The position numbers were made by a program, and so were the translations under genes. DNA of 64,000 nucleotides from Prevotella sp. (GTDB lineage Bacteria > Bacteroidota > Bacteroidia > Bacteroidales > Dysgonomonadaceae). Positions 20,886 to 29,223 of the stretch are shown piece by piece (within the stretch, counting starts at the first letter, position 1; every line of letters starts with the position of its first letter). The notes below the pieces were generated by a model. The model was not told the origin of the DNA. It ran no database searches and saw only the letters and a program-made list of their open reading frames with translations. The stretch spans positions 1-64,000 of the forward strand of contig JAITVV010000029.1 in NCBI GenBank assembly GCA_031285625.1, given 5' to 3'.

Positions 20886-22388
20886 TTAATCCATAAATTC
20901 CAGAGATATCCTGTTGAGGAAAGCTACGGTTTTATGTATCTCTTTATACATCACAATATCATCATTGACGAAGGCTACTTCTTTGCGGTATTCCTTTAGG
21001 AAGTTTTCCAAAACAGGAGAAGTCTTTGCCGGACGACGAAAATCGATACCCTGTGCCGCGTTCATTAACTCTATAGCCAGTATATGATTCAGATTATCCA
21101 TTATCTTAAACAGCTTTACTGCTGCATTTGCTCCCATACTTACATGATCTTCCTGTCCGTTGGACGAAACGATAGAATCACTTGATGCAGCATAACAATA
21201 CATTTTATTCTGACTAACCATCGATGCTGAAGTATATTGCGGAATCATAAAGCCGGAGTTTACACCCGGATTGGCTACCAGAAATTCGGGTAAGCCACGC
21301 AGCCCCATAATTAGCTGAGCTACCCGGCGTTCTGAAATATTACCCAGCTCAGCCAATGCAATTGCCAGAAAGTCATAGGAGATAGCTAGCGGTTGCCCGT
21401 GGAAATTACCTCCTGACACGATTTTGTCCTCATCAGGAAAAATAGTCGGATTATCCGTAACCGAATTGATTTCTGTTAGCAGAACAGAAGCTACATAGCT
21501 TATAGCGTCTTTGGTTGCACCATGTACCTGCGGTATGCACCGGAAAGAATATGGATCCTGTACATGCTCCTTTTCGCGGGAGATAAGTTCACTACCTTCG
21601 AGTAACTTGCGAATATTATCAGCCGTATCTATTTGCCCCTTGTGAGGGCGCATTCTTTGTATGCCTTCATAAAAAGGATCGATGCAGCCATCAAATGCCT
21701 CAAGCGAAAGGGAAGCTATCAAGTCTGCTTTTTTTGAGATTGCAAATGCTCTGAGCATGGCAAATACTCCATTAGCACTCATAAATTGCGTGCCATTTAA
21801 TAAAGCAAGCCCTTCTTTACTCATCAGGCGGATAGGTTTCCAGCCAAATTCGTCGAGTACACTCATTGCTTCGCGTTTCTTCCCCTGATAATATACATCC
21901 CCTGCACCGATAAGTGGCAGGAACAGATTTGCTAAAGGAGCTAAGTCTCCCGATGCACCGAGGGAACCTCTATCGCAGACGATTGGGATAATATCATTAT
22001 TGAAGAAGTCAATTATCCGTTGTACGGTGATTACCTGTACCCCACTGTAACCAAGCGAAAGGGCATGAGCTTTTAATAGCATCATCAGTTTGACTATTAC
22101 AGGAGAAATTTCTTCACCTACACTGCAAGCATGCGATTTTACAAGATTTTCCTGGAGACGTGTCAGTTCATCAGGAGAGATATTCTTATTGCAAAGTGAT
22201 CCGAATCCGGTAGTAATGCCATACATCGGTGTTTTCTGGGATTCTATCTTTTTATCTAAATAATCTCTGCATTTTTGTATGCGTTCTTTAGCCTCGGGAG
22301 CTAATTCAAGTTTTAGATTTTTATTGATAATCTTTTCTATGATTTCAAAGTCCAGTTCTCCGAAGCCGATGTAATAGACATTTTTCAT
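20886..22388 (-). CDS. hutH: Histidine ammonia-lyase
   Basis: YGITTGFG, MIO motif GASGDLAPL, QDPYSFRC, GGNFHGQP, QEDHVSMG. Confidence 0.97.
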   Translation of the reverse strand: MKNVYYIGFGELDFEIIEKIINKNLKLELAPEAKERIQKCRDYLDKKIESQKTPMYGITTGFGSLCNKNISPDELTRLQENLVKSHACSVGEEISPVIVKLMMLLKAHALSLGYSGVQVITVQRIIDFFNNDIIPIVCDRGSLGASGDLAPLANLFLPLIGAGDVYYQGKKREAMSVLDEFGWKPIRLMSKEGLALLNGTQFMSANGVFAMLRAFAISKKADLIASLSLEAFDGCIDPFYEGIQRMRPHKGQIDTADNIRKLLEGSELISREKEHVQDPYSFRCIPQVHGATKDAISYVASVLLTEINSVTDNPTIFPDEDKIVSGGNFHGQPLAISYDFLAIALAELGNISERRVAQLIMGLRGLPEFLVANPGVNSGFMIPQYTSASMVSQNKMYCYAASSDSIVSSNGQEDHVSMGANAAVKLFKIMDNLNHILAIELMNAAQGIDFRRPAKTSPVLENFLKEYRKEVAFVNDDIVMYKEIHKTVAFLNRISLEFMD

Positions 22389-22391
22389 ACA

Positions 22392-23015
22392 CTATAATGT
22401 TTTACTTACTTTGTTTAGTAATTCTTGTTCTTTCAGCATAGCTTCATTTTCGAGGTAGTTTGCTTCCTGTGTCATGAGTGCTACATATTCTATATCCTTA
22501 ATTGATGAGAGGTTAATCTTTACATTCAATACTGCTGCCAGTGCTGCCGTACGTGCAGTCATCATGGCTACACATGCATCAGTAATTGCATTTTGATTTC
22601 CGTTTTCAGCTACCTGTACTATAATATCCATTATATCTACGGCCTTGCGCGCTACTTCCATGGGTATTTCAGCAGCCATCTTGGTCGTAGCTTGTATCTG
22701 GTTGCTACGCTCTGCTTTTTCTTCGTCTGTTTCTTTTGGTAGCTTGAAGGCATCAAAAACTTTGTTATATGCATCTGAGTCAGCATCTATATCTTTGATA
22801 AAGCTTGCCTGATAGTTCTCTGCTATACTGGCAATTTTCTTCATCAACTCTTCTTTATCCTCATACTTTTTCTTACCAATGGTAAGATTAGCTACCATTT
22901 CCGTCAATGCTGATGCTATTGCTGCATTTAGCGCTGCGATACTTCCACCGCCAGGAACAGGGTCACTACCTGCTGTCTTGGCTAAAAACTCTTTTACTGA
23001 TAGGTTTACTAGCAT
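22392..23015 (-). CDS. Formiminotetrahydrofolate cyclodeaminase/cyclohydrolase family (FTCD_C)
   Basis: PVPGGGSIAAL, MVANLTIGKK, GNQNAITD, NVKINL; hut context. Confidence 0.9.
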   Translation of the reverse strand: MLVNLSVKEFLAKTAGSDPVPGGGSIAALNAAIASALTEMVANLTIGKKKYEDKEELMKKIASIAENYQASFIKDIDADSDAYNKVFDAFKLPKETDEEKAERSNQIQATTKMAAEIPMEVARKAVDIMDIIVQVAENGNQNAITDACVAMMTARTAALAAVLNVKINLSSIKDIEYVALMTQEANYLENEAMLKEQELLNKVSKTL

Positions 23016-23034
23016 GGTATTACATTTTAAAGGT

Positions 23035-23628
23035 TTAAGAATTATTTAATTTATCTAGAATATAGTCTACTCTGGCCTGAGTTACTTCAGGACGCCGTTT
23101 CTTATTATAGAAATATGGGTTCTGCATCATTAGGATAAGTTCTATAAGTTCTGCATCATTTAAAGCTGTAATTTTCTTATCGAAATATTGTGCAGATGCA
23201 TTGTGTACACCAATTATCTTGTTGGGAAATTCTTTCTGGGCAGCATAGTAATTCAAACATTCCTTTTGTGATGCATAATTTTCTGTCAGATTTGTAAGTA
23301 ATGTCATATCAAAGCCTATATGTCGCAGATACCAGCCTTCATATGCTGCTTCCCGGCATGGGCACTGATTATATGCTTTTCCAAATTCACGATTAAATAG
23401 GTACATCCACGAATTGGTTTCTAATGCATCGGGAAAGATTATATTATAAATTTCATAAAACCTGTCGGGTAATTCGGTACTATTCTTAATCTCTGCAATG
23501 TATTCTTCCCTGTCTGCTTTATCAATAAGAAAATAACCTCCGAATTTAATAAAAGAAAATAATCCGATAATAAGTATTACCGAAACAATGCAGAGTGTTA
23601 CTGGTATTTTCTTTTTTCTTTTCATCAT
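23035..23628 (-). CDS. Membrane-anchored protein with a degenerate transglycosylase (GT51)-like C-terminus
   Basis: N-terminal TM helix; GVHNASAQYFDKKITALNDAE...NPYFYN resembles the GT51 C-terminal half; start moved from 23787, since the extension is repeat DNA. Confidence 0.55.
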   Translation of the reverse strand: MMKRKKKIPVTLCIVSVILIIGLFSFIKFGGYFLIDKADREEYIAEIKNSTELPDRFYEIYNIIFPDALETNSWMYLFNREFGKAYNQCPCREAAYEGWYLRHIGFDMTLLTNLTENYASQKECLNYYAAQKEFPNKIIGVHNASAQYFDKKITALNDAELIELILMMQNPYFYNKKRRPEVTQARVDYILDKLNNS

Positions 23629-23636
23629 AGATTTAA

Positions 23637-23692
23637 TTGTTAAAAGGTGACAAAGGTAACGCCTTTTTGTATGTTTTTTATCTGTTACTTTT
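23637..23692 (-). repeat. Dispersed ~55-bp TGTCAC motif, copy B
   Basis: Reverse complement AAAAGTAACAGATAAAAAACATACAAAAAGGCGTTACCTTTGTCACCTTTTAACAA. Confidence 0.7.
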
Positions 23693-23695
23693 CTT

Positions 23696-23763
23696 GTCAT
23701 GTTGAACGGAGTGAAACATCTCGTGTCTAGAGGGTCGGGATTCTTCATTACATTCAGAATGAC
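23696..23763. repeat. GTCAT...ATGAC palindromic intergenic repeat, copy 2
   Basis: GTCATGTTGAACGGAGTGAAACATCTC...ATTCTTCATTACATTCAGAATGAC, near-identical to 15961-16028; TIR-like remnant at 23786-23802. Confidence 0.85.
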
Positions 23764-23854
23764 AAAAAGAGTAAAACCTTTTATCACTTTTGGGATAATC
23801 TCCTACACATCAAATATCTTTATATTATAAGATAAATTTTTAGAATTCTCTTAA

Positions 23855-25099
23855 TTAATAGATCACACCCTTCTTCACAACCTTTTCCACTATATTCATA
23901 CCTATATGATAAGGTAGAAATTTATAGGAAGGGTATTCCAGTATAATAACATCTCCTTGTTTTCCGATATCGATGCTTCCTGCCGTATCTGCTTTACCTA
24001 CTGCTGCCGCACTGTTTATCGTTAGTGCTGTAACAGCTTCTTCCGGCGATAACTGCATATAGATGCATGCCAAAGCAAACAATAGAGGAATTGAGTTTGT
24101 GAAACTGCTTCCCGGGTTGAGGTCAGTAGCCAATGCAACAGCACAACCCGAATCTATCATATATCGTCCCCGTGCATAGTGTTCTTTCAGAGAAAATGCA
24201 GTACAAGGCAATAAGGTAGCAACAGTATTACTATTTGCTAAATCTTCAATTCCCTTATCCGAAGCTTGTAACAAATGGTCGGCAGATAAGGCTCCCAGTT
24301 CAGCGGCAAGTTCCGCCCCGCCCAGTGTAACTATTTCGTCAGCATGGATCTTTAGTTTGAAGCCAAGTTTTTTAGCGGCTGTTAAGTATCTTCCGGATTG
24401 CTCTATATCAAATACATTTTTTTCACAGAATATGTCACAGCATTCGGCTAATTCCTGTCTTTTTACTTCAGGCATTATCTCGGAGATAAGGTAATCAAGA
24501 AAATCATTTTCCCTGCCCTTATATTCCATTGGGGTGGCATGTGCTCCCATAAAGGTGCTGACAATATCCACAGGATGCTCTTGGTTTAGTGCCTTCATTA
24601 CTTCCAACTGCTTCAATTCTGTGGCTTTATCCATGCCGTAGCCGCTCTTTCCTTCAACAGTAGTAACACCCATGGCCAGCATTTTGTCCAAGCGTCTTCG
24701 TCCTGCTTCTTTCAACTCCTCAAAAGATGCGTTGCGGGTGGCAGTCATGGTATTGTGAATGCCTCCACCACGTTCCATAATTGACATATAACTGTCGCCA
24801 CGCATACGCCACGAAAATTCTTCTTCACGATAGCCCCCAAAGATAAAATGGGTATGCGAGTCTATAAACCCCGGTAATACAGCTTTTCCGGTGGCATCGA
24901 TTACATCATGATCAGGAAAATCAGATAGGGGAGGGCAGTTAGCATCTTTACCCACATAGGTAATAACACCATCGGTTATAATGACTGTTCCGTTCTCTAT
25001 AATGGACAGGTCAGTCATATCTTTTCCCTTTTTAGCCGAAAAGCCGGAGCAAGTGACTAATTGTGTGGCGTTTTTTATAATGATATTTCCTTGTTTCAT
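23855..25099 (-). CDS. hutI: Imidazolonepropionase
   Basis: PGFIDSHTH, EGKSGYG, KIHADEI, SADHL, ATDLNPGS; the upstream ATG at 25117 belongs to the repeat. Confidence 0.96.
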   Translation of the reverse strand: MKQGNIIIKNATQLVTCSGFSAKKGKDMTDLSIIENGTVIITDGVITYVGKDANCPPLSDFPDHDVIDATGKAVLPGFIDSHTHFIFGGYREEEFSWRMRGDSYMSIMERGGGIHNTMTATRNASFEELKEAGRRRLDKMLAMGVTTVEGKSGYGMDKATELKQLEVMKALNQEHPVDIVSTFMGAHATPMEYKGRENDFLDYLISEIMPEVKRQELAECCDIFCEKNVFDIEQSGRYLTAAKKLGFKLKIHADEIVTLGGAELAAELGALSADHLLQASDKGIEDLANSNTVATLLPCTAFSLKEHYARGRYMIDSGCAVALATDLNPGSSFTNSIPLLFALACIYMQLSPEEAVTALTINSAAAVGKADTAGSIDIGKQGDVIILEYPSYKFLPYHIGMNIVEKVVKKGVIY

Positions 25100-25112
25100 A
25101 TTATATTTTATT

Positions 25113-25182
25113 GTCATGTTTAGTGTAACGAAACATCTCGTACCTCAATAGACAAGAGATTCTGAACGAAGTGAAGAATGAC
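25113..25182. repeat. GTCAT...ATGAC palindromic intergenic repeat, copy 3 (diverged)
   Basis: GTCATGTTTAGTGTAACGAAACATCTC...GAGATTCTGAACGAAGTGAAGAATGAC. Confidence 0.8.
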
Positions 25183-25240
25183 AAATAGAGTATAAGATTT
25201 CATTTGCTAATATGCTAATTTTCAAATTTGCTAATTCTCC

Positions 25241-26143
25241 CTACTCCATCAAATGCGTTTCCAATACCTGCTTTGTAGAAAAATCTTCCAGTCCAAGATA
25301 ATACGCCGCCGTATCTATCAGGGCATCCATAGGGACAAGTCCGATAATTTCAGCACCGACAACAGATACACCATAACGGTTTGCTTCTATCCGTACCAGT
25401 TCGTGGGCACGGTAAATAGCTGTTTTGGTAAAATCCGTCAGATTCATGGATACCTGTACTATTCCCCTTTCGGTTAGCTCAACGCCCATTGCTTTACAAA
25501 AGCGTAGTCCGCCTCCCAGAAAGCGTACTTTCTTAGCGATAGCATCCGCTATTTCAAGTTTATTGGTATTTAGGTTTACATTGTAAGCTACAAGCGGCAT
25601 ACGGGCACCAATAACAGTACCTCCTGCTGTAGGGTGAGGCTGTTCAGGTCCAAAGTCTGCTTTCCATCCAGGCTTAGTCATTTTCTCTTTCAATCCTTCA
25701 AACTCTCCTTTACGGATTGCTGCAAGATTTTCGCGGTGAGGTGCAGATGCTGCCTTCTCATACAAAAATACAGGAAGCCCGTAACGTTCCGCCACTTCTT
25801 TACCTACCTCTTTTGACAAGGCTATTGATTCATCCATTGTTACATTGCGGATTGGTATAAACGGCACTACATCGACTGCACCCATACGGGGGTGTTGTCC
25901 TTTATGCTGGGTCAGGTCAATGATTTCCACAGCAATGCCAATAGCTTCTATCACAGCTTTTTTCAAGGCTTCGGGTTCGCCAACTACAGTGACTACCATA
26001 CGGTTATGGTCTTTGTCGGCGCTGTAGTCCAGTAATTTTACTCCTTCTTTTGCACGGAAAGCATTGACTATCTTTTCCACTTTCTCCAAATCGCGCCCTT
26101 CGCTAAAATTCGGTACGCATTCGATGATTTTGTTTGAACTCAT
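25241..26143 (-). CDS. ftcD: Glutamate formiminotransferase
   Basis: IECVPNFSEGR, DHNR, HPRMGAVDVVPF, GARMPLVAYN, VQVSMNL. Confidence 0.95.
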   Translation of the reverse strand: MSSNKIIECVPNFSEGRDLEKVEKIVNAFRAKEGVKLLDYSADKDHNRMVVTVVGEPEALKKAVIEAIGIAVEIIDLTQHKGQHPRMGAVDVVPFIPIRNVTMDESIALSKEVGKEVAERYGLPVFLYEKAASAPHRENLAAIRKGEFEGLKEKMTKPGWKADFGPEQPHPTAGGTVIGARMPLVAYNVNLNTNKLEIADAIAKKVRFLGGGLRFCKAMGVELTERGIVQVSMNLTDFTKTAIYRAHELVRIEANRYGVSVVGAEIIGLVPMDALIDTAAYYLGLEDFSTKQVLETHLME

Positions 26144-26218
26144 GGTATTATAATTTTGTTTTATCTTAGACCCATCATAATATTACATCAATAGATTCAG
26201 TTCCTTTCTGATTTTTTT

Positions 26219-27049
26219 CTACCCATATTTCTCCTCCTCTACCATCCTATCATATTCCTCTCTTGTGATAATGACAAGAGTTTCTGCTTCACAGTTCCAT
26301 ATACTTACATAGTTTTTAGAGATAACAATATGGCGTTTCCATTCTGCAAACTTTGCATATAGCATCAGTGTACAAATATCGGTAGGAGTTATAAAGTCTC
26401 CTGTTTCAGGAGCATGCGAATGGACCGAAGCCACCGCATTTTGCCCTTTCTCAAATTCTATTGGAATAAGATTTTGATGTATCTCTTTTTTACTTAATAA
26501 ATTATCCTGATTATCAAATGTAAGAAGATAATCGTTGCCAAACAGTACAACCCCTGCCACCTTAGGGCCTGTTAGTGCATATACCCTTCTCTCTCCGTTC
26601 CTGATATATGGGATAAGATTAAGATTTGTATTGGTATAGGATTTGAATAAGATACTGTCCTGTTGTACTTCAGTTAAAGCTTTTCTTCGAATATTATATA
26701 AATGCCTTTCATTTTCTTTAAAATCTCTTTCCTTAAAGTCTATAGTCGCTGTTTCCACTATCTTTATATCACCAAATGAAACAACTCCGATTACTCGTGG
26801 ATTTTCCTCTTTTGAGAAAAAAAGACACTTGGGTGTTTCCTTATCCAGATATGAGAAATAGCCGCCTATACGTTCCCTTTCTTTAAAATTTTCCAGAAAA
26901 ATATCTGTTCCATACCACGATGCCATTTCCAGCCTGTATAGGTATTTTCCTTCTTCCGTGATTTCTTCGGCAGTCTTTTTCAGATCAATACTCTGAGAAA
27001 AGATGCTTAGTGGAAATAGGGCCAATGTAAGTGACAGTAAAAGTTTCAT
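26219..27049 (-). CDS. Secreted hypothetical protein with an HSH...TxxD motif
   Basis: Signal peptide; starts 1 nt after the hutU stop; VHSHAPETGDFITPTDIC. Confidence 0.7.
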   Translation of the reverse strand: MKLLLSLTLALFPLSIFSQSIDLKKTAEEITEEGKYLYRLEMASWYGTDIFLENFKERERIGGYFSYLDKETPKCLFFSKEENPRVIGVVSFGDIKIVETATIDFKERDFKENERHLYNIRRKALTEVQQDSILFKSYTNTNLNLIPYIRNGERRVYALTGPKVAGVVLFGNDYLLTFDNQDNLLSKKEIHQNLIPIEFEKGQNAVASVHSHAPETGDFITPTDICTLMLYAKFAEWKRHIVISKNYVSIWNCEAETLVIITREEYDRMVEEEKYG

Positions 27050-27050
27050 C

Positions 27051-29033
27051 TTATTTACATAGTTTCTTTATATATTCATCATCAGCTATATACGGCATAG
27101 TTATATGATACCCATCCTGATGCGTTTGATTGAATGAATCGCATGTTTCAACAGCATGTTCGTTACGCGCCCACGAACGGCGCGCCACTCCACCCATCAC
27201 ATCCCATATCATAGATGAACATATAATTTCGTCAATTCGTTCGCTGCCATCACATACTAATCCGAAGCCACCGTTTATGGATTTTCCAATGCCAACCCCG
27301 CCACCGTTGTGAAGGGCTATCAGGCTCATGCCCCGGGCGGCGTTTCCGGCAAAGCACTGTACAGCCATATCTGCCATAACATTGCTGCCGTCTTTTATAT
27401 TGGCCGTTTCGCGGAAAGGGGAGTCCGTACCACTTACATCATGGTGGTCGCGCCCCAGCATGATGGGGCCTACTTCGCCATCGCGTACCAGTTTATTGAA
27501 TCTCAGGGCAATATTCATTCGTCCTAAAGCGTCCTGATAAAGTATACGAGCCTGTGTACCCACTACCAATTGGTTTTTATCAGCATCGCGAATCCAGTTA
27601 TAATTATCTTTGTCTTGTCCTCTTCGCAATGGATCTATACATTCCATTGCCGCCTGATCAGTCTTGATAAGGTCTTCATGTTTTCCACTCAGGCAAACCC
27701 AGCGGAAAGGGCCATAACCATAGTCGAAAAGCTCAGGACCCATAATATCTTCTACATAGGAAGGCCATATAAAACCGTCTTTTTCATCAACGCCATTTTT
27801 GGATATTTCTTTTACTCCCGCATCATATATAGCTTTCATAAATGAATTTCCATAATCGAAGAAGTAAGTATCATTAGCTACAAGTTTGCGAATAACTTCA
27901 AAATGGCGTTTCAAAGATTGATCTACCAATTTATGAAAGGTTTTCCTGTCTTCTTTCAGCAGTTTTGTCCGTTCTTCAAATGTAATACCGGCAGGACAAT
28001 AACCACCTTCATATACCGCATGACACGAAGTCTGATCGGAGAGTAGATCAATGTGTATCTCATTATTTCCTGCATATTCCAGCAAATCTATAATATTGCC
28101 ATGATAGGCTATCGAACAGGGTTTTTGTGCCATCTGCGCTTCTTGTGCCAGGGAAAATGCTTCTTCCACATCCGATACTATATGATGGACCCATCCTTGA
28201 TTGAAACGTGTTTTGATACGGGAAATATCTACTTCTGCCATAATGGAAACAGCTCCGGCTATATCAGCAGCCTTAGGCTGTGCACCGCTCATTCCCCCTA
28301 GTCCGGACGAAACAAACAGGTATCCTTTCAGGTCTCCGTCCTCAGGAACACCTAATTTTAGCCGTCCGGCATTCAATAACGTATTGAATGTGCCATGTAC
28401 AATCCCTTGAGGGCCAATGTACATCCAGCCTCCGGCAGTCATTTGGCCATAGTTGGCAACGCCCATCTGTGCTGCGATTTCCCAATCAGCCTGATTGTCG
28501 AACATGCCCACCATCATAGAGTTGGTTATAATAACACGTGGAGCGTCAGGTTTTGACTTGAATAACCCGAGAGGATGTCCCGATTCAATGACCAATGTTT
28601 GATCATTTGTTAGTATTTCGAGGTACTTCTTTATCAATTGATATTGCATCCAGTTTTGACAAACCTGGCCAGTTTCACCATAGGTAACTAATTCGTAAGG
28701 ATATAAAGCAATGTCGAAACATAGATTATTATCTATCATTACCTGAAATGCTTTTCCTTCGATGCAATTTCCTTTGTATTCATCAATGGGTTTCGGATAA
28801 ATATCTCCCTGAGGACGATAACGGTAACCATATATACGCCCGCGGGTTTTCAGTTCTTCAAGAAATTCAGGCGCCAGGGTCTGATGTAACTCATTCGGAA
28901 TGTAGCGTAATGCATTTTTTAGTGCGGTCTCTGTTTGAGCAGAGGTTAGACTATATCCTCTATCTGGTGCACGGCGTATTCCTTCTACAAAAGAAGGGTA
29001 TTCCGGCAATGTATTATCAAGTCTGATTTCCAT
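27051..29033 (-). CDS. hutU: Urocanate hydratase (long type)
   Basis: YPYELVTYG, YGQMTAGGWMYIGPQGIVHGT, GLGGMSGAQ, DQTSCH, GRDHHD, HNGGGVG. Confidence 0.97.
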   Translation of the reverse strand: MEIRLDNTLPEYPSFVEGIRRAPDRGYSLTSAQTETALKNALRYIPNELHQTLAPEFLEELKTRGRIYGYRYRPQGDIYPKPIDEYKGNCIEGKAFQVMIDNNLCFDIALYPYELVTYGETGQVCQNWMQYQLIKKYLEILTNDQTLVIESGHPLGLFKSKPDAPRVIITNSMMVGMFDNQADWEIAAQMGVANYGQMTAGGWMYIGPQGIVHGTFNTLLNAGRLKLGVPEDGDLKGYLFVSSGLGGMSGAQPKAADIAGAVSIMAEVDISRIKTRFNQGWVHHIVSDVEEAFSLAQEAQMAQKPCSIAYHGNIIDLLEYAGNNEIHIDLLSDQTSCHAVYEGGYCPAGITFEERTKLLKEDRKTFHKLVDQSLKRHFEVIRKLVANDTYFFDYGNSFMKAIYDAGVKEISKNGVDEKDGFIWPSYVEDIMGPELFDYGYGPFRWVCLSGKHEDLIKTDQAAMECIDPLRRGQDKDNYNWIRDADKNQLVVGTQARILYQDALGRMNIALRFNKLVRDGEVGPIMLGRDHHDVSGTDSPFRETANIKDGSNVMADMAVQCFAGNAARGMSLIALHNGGGVGIGKSINGGFGLVCDGSERIDEIICSSMIWDVMGGVARRSWARNEHAVETCDSFNQTHQDGYHITMPYIADDEYIKKLCK

Positions 29034-29135
29034 GATGTTTGGTTCTTGGTTACATCTTCCTAAGATAGGATTTATATTTTTATCTTAAAAAATATTAGTA
29101 ATATTTATAAACATGTTCAACGACAAAATATTATA

Positions 29136-29162
29136 TTTTATCAGCTATTTAAGCTGATAAAA
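29136..29162. promoter_or_regulatory. Palindrome upstream of hutU (operator, or terminator of the regulator gene)
   Basis: TTTTATCAGCT-N5-AGCTGATAAAA. Confidence 0.45.
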
Positions 29163-29223
29163 GTAATAATAGCTTGATAATATAAAGTAATAGCTGCCGA
29201 TTGTATCAAAATGTAAGTAATTG

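Noticed and set aside
23629-23787. N-terminal extension of the 23035 ORF, suggesting an in-frame repeat insertion in a protein
   Set aside because: It is composed of two repeat elements; a better start (MMKRKKK plus TM helix) lies at 23628. The same applies to the extensions at 16064 and 25117.
15961-25182. Repeats as a CRISPR array or integron attC sites
   Set aside because: Copies are kilobases apart with no regular spacers, no cas or intI gene, and no RYYYAAC/GTTRRRY ends.
29034-29135. Histidine-rich attenuator peptide upstream of hutU
   Set aside because: No His-codon-rich small ORF was found on the minus strand.
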